Assembly: GCA_963767755.1 (NCBI GenBank)
Contig: CAVYFO010000011.1
Location: 56,615 to 120,614 of the forward strand
Length of the DNA: 64,000 nt
Source of the DNA: an uncultured Acidobacteriota bacterium
GTDB lineage: Bacteria; Acidobacteriota; Terriglobia; Acidiferrales; UBA7541
Direction of reading: 5' to 3'
How positions within the stretch are numbered: the stretch's first letter is position 1; every line of letters begins with the position of its first letter. Under the pieces are notes generated by a model, which did not search any database, was not told the origin of the DNA, and saw only the letters and a list, made by a program, of their open reading frames with translations. Of this stretch, positions 11,820 through 22,453 are shown piece after piece. The translations under genes and the position numbers were made by a program.

Positions 11820-12218
11820 TTACTGTTTGCCGTTGCTCGCGTGGCCCCGTCCGTCCCGCTCTTCGTTTCCTTTGAAGTGGGCGCTATCGACACGCTTTGA
11901 TGGTTCGGCTTTCTCGCCGCGGTTTGGCTTCGCGCCCTTATAACCGTGCTGTGGGTCGTAGCGGTTATCCACGTTGCCGCGGAAATCGTTTCCGCCATGA
12001 AACCATGGGCCCGCGCCGACGAAAACGTTCCCGCTAAACCATTCTGGGCCGTAGTAGCCGGACGGAGCGCAATCATAAGGAGCTACGTCGTAGTATCCAT
12101 AGGGACAGTCAGGAGCCGCCCCGATTTCGACGCTCACCTGGGCCTCTGCCTTGGGTACGGTTACCATGAGGCAACTTCCCGCAACAGCAGCTGCCAATAG
12201 AAATGTAAGTCCTCGCAT
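11820..12218 (-). CDS. Small secreted hypothetical protein
   Basis: Signal peptide AEA-Q; CPYGYYDVAPYDCAPSGYYGPEWF motif; GAGGTG RBS. Confidence 0.7.
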   Translation of the reverse strand: MRGLTFLLAAAVAGSCLMVTVPKAEAQVSVEIGAAPDCPYGYYDVAPYDCAPSGYYGPEWFSGNVFVGAGPWFHGGNDFRGNVDNRYDPQHGYKGAKPNRGEKAEPSKRVDSAHFKGNEERDGRGHASNGKQ

Positions 12219-12771
12219 AAGTTCACCTCGTTATCTCAGTCTTGGATTCCTCGAACATGTCATCCTATGGCGCTTGGCAGTTCCGCGTCTGTTCCATATA
12301 GGGCACTTTCAAAGATCGCACCGGTGCAGCCGCGCATTCTTCCAGCACCAGATGCCGCAGCGTTAGCATTTAGACTTTCATCCGCTATGTTTTGGCTGTT
12401 CCAAGGCCTTCTAGAATCTCTTCAAAGCATCTGAACTCCGCGAGTGAGACACATCTTACGCGAGCGGACGCGTGCGTCGACGTGTAAATTAACATTCACG
12501 CCCGTTTCTGTACCATGGTACGCATCCAATTAGCCCTCCCATCACGTCCTCGCTGCATCAAGAATGGATTCCCTTGCCGAGATCGACGCCCGATAGTTGA
12601 GCAGTTAACGTCGCAAAGGTGTACAATTGTTATGTCAAGTCTCACACCTTCCGCCGCGCTCCCCAGGGCGACGGTTCCTGTGCCGCAAGACATGCATCCG
12701 CTTGAAGAGTTGCAACGGTATAAGTGTCTTCATTTCATGTGAAGTCTTGCCGGCCAGGCGAAAGGACTCCG

Positions 12772-13101
12772 ATGACTGAGAACGTAATTGTCCAGTACGT
12801 GGGTTTCAAAGCGAGAGCGCTTGTGCGTGAGTATAGCTTTGTCGTGCGGCGGCCTCTAAACGAAACCAGCGAATTTACCCTCACCATCGGGAACGAGGCA
12901 TTTGGTTCCCGCCGCGTGCGCTTTCAAGACGCTCCCGAGATCTGCTCGCTCCGGCTCCGGCAGGAGCTCGCTGCCTTCGGAAACCATCCTCCCGAGGCCC
13001 ACTATCAAATCAGCGAGACGGACCTGGACGAGTACCGCAATGCGCATGCGCCAAGAGTATCCGGCTACCCGTATAATCCAAAACTTTCGAAAGACGTCTA
13101 G
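12772..13101 (+). CDS. Hypothetical protein
   Basis: AAGGA RBS before ATG 12772; protein-like sequence (VQYVGF...RVRFQDAPEIC). Confidence 0.6.
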   Translation: MTENVIVQYVGFKARALVREYSFVVRRPLNETSEFTLTIGNEAFGSRRVRFQDAPEICSLRLRQELAAFGNHPPEAHYQISETDLDEYRNAHAPRVSGYPYNPKLSKDV

Positions 13102-13268
13102 CGTGTCTGGAGGCGTTTGTCTGGCATTCGGTTCTCTCGTCCGGTGGCGGAGGACGACGCGACCGCGGGCTACTTTGTTAGCTCTTCTGTTTCATGAAGA
13201 ATTTTTAACGAAATAATTCCTCTAACAACAGCCTTTTTGCGTCTCAGTGGGTCTAGACTGGAAACATC

Positions 13269-13526
13269 ATGAATAGGCTTCAAGCATTTCGAGACGCGGC
13301 TTTAAAAGGCGGGTTCGTTCCTGTCGAAGAATCGTTGGAAGAGAGTGTCCTATGGCTCAAGAGAGCAACGGCGGATGCCGAAGATCGCATCTGTCTCGAT
13401 AGCGTGACGAACAGTGCGACCGTGTACTGGGCGACTATCCCGTGGAAGATAAACTCCAAGACGTTTCGTGAGGCCTCCGCCTTGCAAGCGTGGATCCTGT
13501 CAAGGCCCGGCGTTTTGGCGGTATAA
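13269..13526 (+). CDS. Hypothetical protein
   Basis: 85-aa ATG ORF with plausible composition; no recognised family. Confidence 0.5.
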   Translation: MNRLQAFRDAALKGGFVPVEESLEESVLWLKRATADAEDRICLDSVTNSATVYWATIPWKINSKTFREASALQAWILSRPGVLAV

Positions 13527-14010
13527 CGGACCGCAAAGTTCTCTTCCCGCTTTCTCGGGACAAACCCAGACTCCCTCCAGTCGTCCCGCTTCCTGCCTGC
13601 CGCACCTCGACCACCTCTGCGCACTCGCCTGTCCGCCTGAACGTCCGCCCTTTGACTTTTCCACAGCCTCTTCAGAACTTTCTCGATCCGCCTAACCGAT
13701 TCCATTCTCTCGTCTTCCGCCCGTTTTCATCGTATCCGCCCGCTTCGATTCGAATGACATACAAGTAATTTAAGAAAATGATAGACAGTGAGCCGATATT
13801 CTGCTACTATTAACCATGTTTCGCTCCCGCCATTCTCTTCCACCCAAGTGCCATGCCGAACGAAGTGAAGGAGCTGCTTTCCTCTTCCCTGCTCGGGTCG
13901 ATTCTGCGTCCAGCCCCTCCTCTCCCCATCCCCTAACCAGCTCATTCCGTCATGCAAGCGCTGCAATGTCTTCTCGCCCGCCGACCCCAATTCAACTCCC
14001 CCAAGCCACT

Positions 14011-14079
14011 AAGTCCTTTACAATGCGCACTTTCGAAAAACTCTCCCGAAACTCCTTTAGACTCCGCAGTTTTGAAAAA
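14011..14079 (+). repeat. Two units of a ~39-bp-period degenerate repeat (third unit at 20385-20414)
   Basis: aagtcctttacaatgcgcactttcgaaaaa / aactcctttagactccgcagttttgaaaaa / aaactctttagaatgaacatttacgaaaaa. Confidence 0.65.
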
Positions 14080-14301
14080 TAAGAACTTAAAGGGCGATTA
14101 TGCATTTACACAGAAGGGTGGTAAGGAGTAGAAATCGCAGCGGATTTCGGAATCCTTCCGGACCCGCCAGCCCTGTTATCATGCGTGTGAGATGAAGTGG
14201 AAAGCGAAATCGACGATGCCTTGACCAAGATGCTGAAGGCCAAGCCGGAGCCTCGCAAGAAGATAAAGACTCAGGGCCGGCGCGGCCCTAAGACTCCGGT
14301 A

Positions 14302-14697
14302 CTAGCGAAGCCTGAGCTTCTTGTAAGGCAGGGCCATTTCCTTCAGGATGCTCTTGAGCGTGGCATCGAACATCTGCATTGCTCCCGCGGCGATTAAATC
14401 TAAGGAAGACTCATTGCAATAGCGTCCCAGGTGCTTTATCGAAACCTTGTGGAAGGTGCCGTTGACGCCACGCTTGAGCAAGCTAAAAGCGTCTCGATCG
14501 TATTCATGTGCGTGCCACCATGCCGTAGTTCCGGCTGTGGTTGATGGTCTTGTGCTCGGCATCGAAGTCCGCTGGAGATAGATCGCATAGGCAGCCGACT
14601 CATCGGTGTAGATGGTGTGCGCATCGGGGCTGATGTTTTCTTTGAGCACGGGCCGAGTATCGCCATTTTGGCCTCTTTCACGGAACCAGGCGTAGTT
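14302..14697 (-). pseudogene. IS1595 transposase, C-terminal part
   Basis: TIYTDES, HMNTIE, FSLLKRGVNGTFHKVSIKHLGRYCNE, LPYKKL. Confidence 0.85.
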
Positions 14698-14847
14698 TGT
14701 TAGCGCCATTTTAAAAGGGATCCAGTTCCGCCGGTTGTAGAGGTGGGCCAATAGAGCGCCGGCGGTCGCGGAACAGACCAATGCGCCGGCCGCCGCGATA
14801 AGAGCAGGCAGTCATTCTTCTCGGAGTTTTTTCCTGCAACGTGATCG

Positions 14848-15132
14848 TTAGTTGATGAGTGCTTCTACCGCGCCGTCACACACCAGGCGTTGCAGAACAC
14901 GGGCTGTGTTGGGTGTCCTCCTGACCGACTCGATAACCAGGTAGAGTTTGTCCGCGCTGTTGACCTTTCCCGACACGCAGTAGTAGTGGTCTGACGTGAT
15001 GATTTGGGATTTGGTGAAGTCGTAGAGGCGGTAGACCCGGGGGGTGGAGTCGTCCTGCATGAGGAACACGACGCAGGTGCGGTATTCCATACGCGAAAGC
15101 AAGAGCAGATGATTGGCGCTGAAGTTAAACAT
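14848..15132 (-). CDS. Hypothetical protein carried by the IS21 element
   Basis: 94-aa ORF downstream of istB and inside the terminal repeat. Confidence 0.5.
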   Translation of the reverse strand: MFNFSANHLLLLSRMEYRTCVVFLMQDDSTPRVYRLYDFTKSQIITSDHYYCVSGKVNSADKLYLVIESVRRTPNTARVLQRLVCDGAVEALIN

Positions 15133-15299
15133 GGAAGTAGAAGAAGAAGGAGAGAACCAGACCAGGGAGCGGAAGTCATGACTCCCGCCCCGGCCGACAG
15201 CGCCGTTGAGGGGTTACCCGACGGACTCCTCCGCGCGGGATATCGTCACAGAGCGGCGCCTGATCTGAGCCAGGCCGATCATAGGTTCAGCCGGGGGCT

Positions 15300-16029
15300 G
15301 GCCCTTATTGCCTTTGCGGAGGTTTCGCCCCCGAGAAGAAAGATCTCGGAGTCTCTGATCAAGCGGTCGGCGATGGCGGTAGCGATGGTGGTGTTGTACA
15401 GGATATTCCCCCACTCGGAAAAGGCCGTGTTGGTGGTGATGAGCGTACTTCTCTTTGTGGCTGTGGCGGGTGGAGATGACCTGATAGAAGAGGTTGGAGG
15501 TCTGCTGGTCGAGAGAAAGATATCCTAGTTCGTCAACGAGGAAAAAAGAAGGTTCGGTATAAAGCTTGAGCTTGCGAATCAGAGAATGATCGACCTGAGA
15601 AGCCAGAAGTGGTTGAGCATATCCATGGCAGTGGTGAAGAGCACGCGACGGTTGGCCTGACAGGCGCGCCAGGCGATGATCTTCGCCAAGAAGGTTTCGC
15701 CGACGCCAGGGTTACCGATCAGATACCAGCGGTGCCGTTTACGAGAAAGTCGAGATCCAAAAGACGAAGGATGCGAGGCTTGCGCTGTAAGCGGGACTTG
15801 TGATGGTTAAAGTGGAAGCTATCGATGGAGTGGTTTGCTTGCAAGCGGCGAGCTGGAAGCGGCGATCGATCGAGCGGGGGTGGCGGGCTTCCAGCTCGCG
15901 ATCCAGAAGCGCTTCCAAAGTTTCCGCGAGGCTGAGATTTTTGGCGGCCGCGTCAGTCAGGGTCTCGTCCAGATGCAGGCTCATGGTCGTCAGGTTCAGT
16001 TGATTGGGTTTCTGTTGGAGCGAGGTCAT
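15300..16029 (-). pseudogene. istB: IS21 helper ATPase IstB (frameshifted; end approximate)
   Basis: LAETLEALLDRELEAR; Walker A IGNPGVGETF(LA) near 15700; T-N-T-A-F-S-E-W-G-N and AIADRL near 15400. Confidence 0.85.
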
Positions 16030-17509
16030 CGGCGTCCTTTTTGGAGCGAAGGATGAAAGTGTCGTAATCGGCCAGCGACAGCGGATCGGTGGTCAGTTCG
16101 TTCAATTCGGGATCTGTGAAACTAAGAGGCGGCTGGACGTCGCGCCGCATTAGTTGCTGACTGAGAAGGTTGGCGATGTAGTCGGCGCCAAACGCACCCG
16201 CCGCGTGAGCTTTGCTAACCGCGGCCGCCACTGCTTCGGGTCCATATTCACGAATCAGGGGGAACAGTTCGCTCACCTGCCTGGGGAGAGCGAGCGGTCG
16301 GTATCGGCTAGGCGCCGCAGATAGATTCCGAGGTCGGACCGAGCAAGCCGATCAAGCGCTGTTGCTCGGCGGAGTGCTCGGCTGCGGCCCGCTGTGCTAA
16401 CAGTTCTTTTTGAAGTTGCTCCGCACCGAGTACTGCCCGCGCTGCCAGCAGCGAGCATAAGAAACGATCTCCTGATGCTGGTCGTAGATGGTGATCGCGG
16501 AAGCGTCTGCCTTGACAGTGAGACGGCGGCCGACTAACGCGGCGGTACACAGTAGCGGTTGCCGTCGAATGCGAGCCGGAGATCTTTGTGGACCAGAGCC
16601 TCGATGGTGTCGCCATAGTCGGCGTGATTGCCGGCAGGGCGCGCAGAGTTTCGGGCTGAAAGCGTGCTCGGGGAGTCTGTCCCGTTTCGCGATGGCGGCG
16701 CTGGTTGGCAACTTCGTTGAGCCATCGCAGTGCTTGCGAGTTGACATCGGCTAAGTCGGTGAACGTGCGCAGAGGCCAGAAGCTCGTTCTGGCATAACCT
16801 ATAGCTCTCCTATTTTTCCTTTTTCCCACGCCGCTCGCACATGACAAGCTCGGGGAAGGAAGGCATATTCGCGAGCGAAGGCCAGAAAGCGCGGATGGAA
16901 ACGCACCAGGTTGCCGTCATGTTCGGCAACGGCGGATGCGAGATTATCGAACCACAGCTCGCGTGCGATGCCCCCCATGAAGCGGAACGCGTGGATATGA
17001 CAGTGAACGAACGTTTCAAAGCTCTGGCTGTGCGTGAACTCCAGAGACAGCTTGCGGCTGTGACATTCCACCAGAGAGAGAATAGCGTAGAGTTTTACAG
17101 ATATGCCCCCTCATAGGAAAGCGTGTCGAAGTGTCCCCAGGTTTATTTCTAAGTGTTCTCCAGGTCCCGGCTCCATGCGCACGTAGGCGCGCGGGGCGCT
17201 GGCACACGCACCCCGTGCAAGTACTCTTTCAGAATGCTCAAACCGCCGCTGAAACCGAGCGGCCGAAGTCGCTGAGCGATTACCGTGGCACGGGCATGAG
17301 GATCCTGCTCGAGGAACTCAGCGATGGTGGGCTTGAAGGGATCCAGCTTGCTCGAGCGCTGACGGGGAGCGGCGGTCTGCGCCGGTGCAACGATGATATT
17401 TGGCGATGGTTCTGCGCCCGATGTGCAGATGACGGGCGATTTTGCGCACCGGCCAGTGCTCGGCCCAGTGCAGGCGATGAATTTCGTTGATTTGCTCGGC
17501 GCTCAGCAT
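16030..17509 (-). pseudogene. istA: IS21 transposase IstA (frameshifted)
   Basis: MLSAEQINEIHRLH..VRKIARHL; WFDNL; AWEKGKIGE; WLNEVANQRRHRETGQTP; FDGNRYCVPP. Confidence 0.88.
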
Positions 17510-17565
17510 GGGTCTGAGTTTGGGTATACGGGCAGTCGGGTGCACAAGCCATAGGGATGTTCTTT

Positions 17566-18090
17566 TCAAGCACGCGTAGAAGCTGAGGTCCTGCCGCCAA
17601 GTTGCTCGAAGATAAAGACTTGCGTGGAAGCTAAGTTGTTCTTGTCAAGATGGGCTACCCGTGGCCCCACCATCCAAACCTCAGCGGCAGAACGCTTTAG
17701 GTCCAAAGCTAAGTTGTTCTTTTCAAGCTGCCGGATGCGGCGCTTTTGGTCCCGCCGTTGCTGGCGTTCGCGATTCCGTTCGACCGTTTCCGGATGTTGC
17801 GCGCGGTAGTGCGGAAGATAGTCGGGATGAGCCGCGCGCCACTTCTTCTGGCTGTCGTGGGCGATCTGACGATATTCCGGATCTGCTTCGAGCTTACGTC
17901 GGTGATAGTCAGCGCGGCGTCGGCGTTGACACTCCGGTCGGCTGCAGACGGCTTGTTGCGGACGGTAGGGAGAACGCAGAAAACTACACTTGCAGTAGAA
18001 ACAGCAGCCGTTCTGGTGCACGTCGACTCCCCTCGGAGATTTTCGCGTCACGAATCTCTGAGAAATAATCAAACGGCAAGCGACGTGCAA
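17566..18090 (-). CDS. IS21 accessory protein with Cys motifs and an Arg-rich helix
   Basis: CCFYCKC..QQAVCSRPECQRRRR..YRQ..QKKWR..HPDY; lies between the terminal repeat and istA. Confidence 0.65.
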   Translation of the reverse strand: MHVACRLIISQRFVTRKSPRGVDVHQNGCCFYCKCSFLRSPYRPQQAVCSRPECQRRRRADYHRRKLEADPEYRQIAHDSQKKWRAAHPDYLPHYRAQHPETVERNRERQQRRDQKRRIRQLEKNNLALDLKRSAAEVWMVGPRVAHLDKNNLASTQVFIFEQLGGRTSASTRA

Positions 18091-18205
18091 ATTTAGAAAC
18101 TAATATAGAATTTCTACCGCATCCTTACCAGCGGGGTTCTGGTAGTGGATCCCTGGCTCCGGCCAAACGCGGCGAGAATGGCTCCGTTTTTCACTGGCGC
18201 TGACA

Positions 18206-18725
18206 GTAGTTTGCCGCCCCGCTCGATCAGGCCCAAGAGCACATCTTTCTTATCCTTCTTGACGTGGGGGCGGCCCTTACGGGGCTTGCGTGCTCCGAGA
18301 TAGGTTTCATCGGCCTCCACTTCGCCCGAGAGCAGCCCGCTGTCTTGCATGGCCGCCCTGATTCTGTGGCACAGATACCAAGCAGTACGGTAATTCACCC
18401 CCAGGTGCCGCTCTATCTGTTTCGCAGAGATGCCCTTCTTGGCTTCGCAGATCAGCGCCAGAGCCATAAACCATTTGGTGAGGGGCAGGTGCGTATCGTT
18501 GAAGATCGTGCCGCTCGTCGCGCTGAATTGTTTTCCGCAGGCTAGGCACTGGTAGATCCGTGTGCGCTTGTTCTTGCCCTGCGCTTCGCGGGTAATTTTG
18601 GAGATGCGACCAACTTCGCCACAATGCGCACAGCCAGCTTCGCCATTCGGCCAGCGCATGGATTCGATATAGTCCAAGCAATCATCGTCTGTTTTGAATT
18701 GGCGGGTTACGTCTATCAGCTTCAT
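18206..18725 (-). pseudogene. IS1595 transposase, N-terminal part
   Basis: Zn ribbon CAHCG..YQCLACGKQFSATSGTIF; HTH GISAKQIERHLGVNYRTAW; EADETYLG; cut at GGKL by the IS21 element. Confidence 0.92.
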
Positions 18726-18867
18726 GGCTTACGCTTCTTTCGGAGGTAGAGACATCACCACAATCGCCGCTGCGACTATTGCGATTGCGTAGATTAGGAT
18801 TGGGAAACATAGGAAACATGAGCACACCCTACCAGAAGCGGAAATCTGTGTCAAGTACATAATCGCC

Positions 18868-20371
18868 CACGCTTGTCCAAATTAGGATTTGGATTTTGAC
18901 GAAAAAAAAGGCTGAGCATCTGATAGCTTGAGGTTGGGCTCTGGAAAAGCCAATCACAACGCTAAGGAGGCTCAGCCATGACTCGAGTCAGCAGTATATT
19001 CTCACAGATTCTGCAGTTAATCCCTCGTCTGGAATTCGAATCAGCCGTGCGCCAGCACAACGCGGAGCGTCATGCTCGAGGTTTCACCAGCTGGGGCCAG
19101 TTCATCGCCATGCTCTTCTGTCAGCTGGGGCACGCCAAGTCGTTGCGCGAAATTTGTGGAGGATTGGCTGCCAGCGAAGGGAAACTTCGTCATCTGGGGT
19201 TGCCCACGGCTCCTTCTCGCTCCACCCTGGCCTACGCCAATGAGCATCGGCCTTGGCAGCTGCATCGCGCCGTGTTTGAGCAGCTGCTGGTGAAGTGCCA
19301 GATGTTGGTGGCCAGCCAACCAGAAACCAGAAAGAAAAGGAAGTTCCGTTTCAAGAATCCTCTGCTGAGCTTAGATGCCACGGTGATCGATCTGTGCGCC
19401 ACAATGTTTGATTGGGCTAAGTTCCGCCTGACCAAGGGAGCGGTGAAACTTCATTTGCTGCTGGACCACGATGGCTATCTGCCGTCCTTCGCGGTGATCA
19501 CGGAGGGCAAAAAGCATGAGGTACGTGTGGCGCGACAGATGCAATTTGCGCGGGGAACGATTTTGGCATTTGACCGCGGCTATACGGACTACGCATGGTT
19601 TATGAGCTTGACCGAGCAGGGCGTTTATTTCGTGACGCGTTTGAAGGAAAACGCCGACTACGGCGTGGTGCAGAAGCGTGAAATTCCACAGCGGCGCGAC
19701 GTACTACGGGATGAAGTGGTCTTTTTCTATAAGCTGGCGCGGGCGAGCAAGGAGGCCTTCTTCCGGCGGATCGAGTTTTACGATGAGGAGCACGATCGCG
19801 TGCTGGTATTTCTGACCAATCACTTGGAACTGGCGGCGGCTACCGTCGCGGCGATCTACAAGGAGCGCTGGCAGATCGAGTTGTTTTTTCGGGCCTTGAA
19901 ACAGTCACTGCGCGTGAAAACGTTTGTGGGGACCTCCGCCAATGCCTTGAAAACGCAGCTCTGGACGGCGCTCATCGCCATGCTGGTGGTGAAATACCTG
20001 CAACTGCGATCGACGTTCGGTTGGTCCCTTTCGAATCTGGTGGCACTTCTGCGGCAGCAATTGTTTGTTTACCGTGATCTGTGGGCATGGATCGACGATC
20101 CTTTCCAACCACCACCGATACCAGAGAGATCGTCAGAGCAATTGACGCTGCAACTGATCTGAGTGGGTCAGTGGATTGGACAGCAGCGATAAGCCACAGG
20201 CCCACAATTCGACGTAACTTCGAGATTTCCAGAGGGGGAATTTAGACAGCATCAGATCAAGAGAAACGCTTGGCGACCACCAACCTGCCCTGCGTCCAGG
20301 ACTCAAAAGCGAATTTTGCCCTTAATATGGAGATGTTGTCGACCAGTTTTCAGTTAATTTGGACAGCAGTG
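18868..20371 (+). mobile_element. IS4-family element
   Basis: IRs CACGCTTGTCCAAATTA and TAATTTGGACAGCAGTG; 9-bp duplication ATAATCGCC at 18859-18867 and 20372-20380. Confidence 0.93.
18978..20162 (+). CDS. IS4-family transposase (DUF4372 + DDE), intact
   Basis: LDATVIDL, KLHLLLD, FDRGYTDY, YKERWQIELFFRALKQ (YREK motif). Confidence 0.95.
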   Translation: MTRVSSIFSQILQLIPRLEFESAVRQHNAERHARGFTSWGQFIAMLFCQLGHAKSLREICGGLAASEGKLRHLGLPTAPSRSTLAYANEHRPWQLHRAVFEQLLVKCQMLVASQPETRKKRKFRFKNPLLSLDATVIDLCATMFDWAKFRLTKGAVKLHLLLDHDGYLPSFAVITEGKKHEVRVARQMQFARGTILAFDRGYTDYAWFMSLTEQGVYFVTRLKENADYGVVQKREIPQRRDVLRDEVVFFYKLARASKEAFFRRIEFYDEEHDRVLVFLTNHLELAAATVAAIYKERWQIELFFRALKQSLRVKTFVGTSANALKTQLWTALIAMLVVKYLQLRSTFGWSLSNLVALLRQQLFVYRDLWAWIDDPFQPPPIPERSSEQLTLQLI

Positions 20372-20654
20372 ATAATCGCCCTTAAAACTCTTTAGAATGA
20401 ACATTTACGAAAAAACCCCGGGGGGAGGGTACCGAGGTCTTATTGCTGACCCAGCCTCAGAGCAAGATACGCCCCCAAAGCGCCGCGCCCTCCCCGTCTG
20501 CCTCGAGCCGAGCCGACGAGCTCTCCTACTTGCTACGTGTTCCGGATCTTGGGTGACCATCAACGACAGGCCACCAGCCACTAATCACTTGCTAGAGGGT
20601 TCTCTTGTCCGCCCGGTTGGACTACAATGGCGCACGATTTCCTGTGGAGGATCT

Positions 20655-20858
20655 ATGCGTGCCGATCGAGTGGAACTTTCCTGGGATGGCGCGAAATCGG
20701 ATTGGCTGGTTCGCATTCAGAGCGGAGAGGAAGTGATCCGGCGTCATTACAAGGCGTCGAAGGACGCGGACGAGAAAACGCTCCGCGCCGCAGCCGAGAA
20801 CACGGTGAAGAACGAAGGTTACGAAGCCGACGCCGCGGTCGTGAGCATTCTCCGGTAG
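20655..20858 (+). CDS. Small hypothetical protein
   Basis: GGAGG before ATG 20655; MRADRVELSWD..WLVRI..GEEVIRR. Confidence 0.6.
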   Translation: MRADRVELSWDGAKSDWLVRIQSGEEVIRRHYKASKDADEKTLRAAAENTVKNEGYEADAAVVSILR

Positions 20859-20882
20859 TGGCACAGGCAATCTTGCCTGTGC
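20855..20882 (+). repeat. GTAG-type REP-like palindrome
   Basis: GTAGTG followed by GCACAGGCAA-TC-TTGCCTGTGC. Confidence 0.5.
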
Positions 20883-21007
20883 GGTCTTTCCGTTCGTTTG
20901 CGTCTGCCGCGGAGCGAAGAGCGCACATGCCACCCTTGTCGCGCGTTAACAGTGCAACTCGCCGGATTGGACATCTATTTCTGGAGTGCTAAAATCCGGG
21001 AAGCCAC

Positions 21008-22430
21008 ATGCCACAAAACACTCTACGAAAAAATCTGGGACTCCCACGTCGTCTAGAAGACCCCGGAAAACCCGCGCTCATCTACATCGACCGCCACCTG
21101 ATCCACGAAGGCACCTCGCCGCAGGCCTTCGCCGGCCTGAAAGCCGCCGGCCGCAAGGTGCGCCGGCCCGATCTGACGTTTGCGGTGATGGACCATTCCG
21201 TCTCGACCACCAAGAATCGCGACCTGCCGATCCTGGATGCCGACGCGCGCCGGCAATTTGAGGCGCTGGAGCAGCAACTGCCGCGAAGCCGGCGTGCGCC
21301 TGTTTGACATGTTCAGCCGCAATCAGGGCATCGTGCACATCATCGGTCCGGAACTGGGAATCACGCAGCCGGGCAGACGATCGTCTGCGGCGACAGCCAC
21401 ACTTCGACGCACGGCGCGTTGGGCGCGCTGGCCTTCGGCATCGGCACGAGCGAAGTGGAGCATGTGCTGGCCACGCAGTGCCTGTGCAATCGCGTCGAAG
21501 ACGCATGCACATCGTGGTTCAACGGCAAGCGCCGCAAAGGCGTCTCCTCAAAGGACATCATCCTGGCCATGATCGGCAAGATTGGCATCGCCGGCGGCAC
21601 CGGCCACGTGGTCGAATATGCCGGCGAAGCGATTCGCGGGCTTTCCATGGAGGCGCGCATGACCGTCTGCAACATGACCATCGAAGGCGGCGCGCGCGCG
21701 GGGATGATGGCGCCGGACGACACGACGTTCGCGTACCTGGAAGGGCGGCCGTTCGTCCCGCGCGGCAAGGAATTTCAGGAAGCCGTGGAGCGCTGGAAGA
21801 CGCTGCCGAGCGATCCCGGCGCGAAGTTCGACACCACCGTCGAACTCGACGCGCCGAGATCGCGCCGCAAGTCACCTGGGGAACAAATCCCGGCATGGTG
21901 ACCGAGCGTGACCGGCCGCGTGCCCGATCCCGGCTCGTTCCGCGATCCCGACGATCAGAAGGCCGCCGTGCGCGCGCTCGAATACATGGGCCTGAAACCC
22001 GGCACGCCGATCGTGGATATTCCCGTGGATCGCGTGTTCATCGGCTCGTGCACCAATTCGCGGCTCGAAGATCTGCGCGCGGCGGCGCAGCGTGGTCGCG
22101 GGCAAGCACGTCGCGCAAGTCCTCAAGGAGGCGCTGGTGGTGCCGGGTTCGCGCGTGGTGAAGGCCAAGGCCGAAAAGGAAGGGCTGGACAGAATTTTCC
22201 GCGACGCCGGATTCGAATGGCGCGACGCGGGATGCAGCATGTGCATCGCCATGAACGACGACGTGCTGCCGCCGGGCGAGCGCAGCGCCAGCACTTCCAA
22301 CCGCAATTTCGAAGGCCGCCAGGGCAAGGACAGCCGCACGCATCTGGTCAGCCCGATCATGGCCGCGGCCGCGGCGATCGCCGGGCATTTCGTGGACGTC
22401 CGCGAGTGGGACGTGGACGTGATGGAGTAA
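21008..22430 (+). CDS. leuC: 3-isopropylmalate dehydratase large subunit (multiple frameshifts, probably consensus errors)
   Basis: [74 protein letters not shown]. Confidence 0.92.
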
Positions 22431-22453
22431 CCGAGCGACTGGAATGAGAAACA

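Larger units (their letters stand above)
14698..18205 (-). mobile_element. IS21-family element with accessory ORFs
   Basis: Ends TGTTAGCGCCATTTTAAAAGGGATCCA and (reverse complement) TGTCAGCGCCAGTGAAAAACGGAGCCA; 6-bp duplication GTAGTT at 14692-14697 and 18206-18211; istA/istB inside. Confidence 0.92.
14092..20381 (-). mobile_element. IS1595-family element (ISNwi1-like ends) interrupted by IS21 and IS4 elements
   Basis: Terminal IRs GGGCGATTATG..ACACAGA at 14092 and TCTGTGT..CATAATCGCC(C) at 18845-18867 completed at 20372-20381; TTAAA on both flanks. Confidence 0.85.

Noticed and set aside
14011-14091. Periodic repeat as a CRISPR array
   Set aside because: Only three degenerate units with spacers of about 10 bp and no cas genes.
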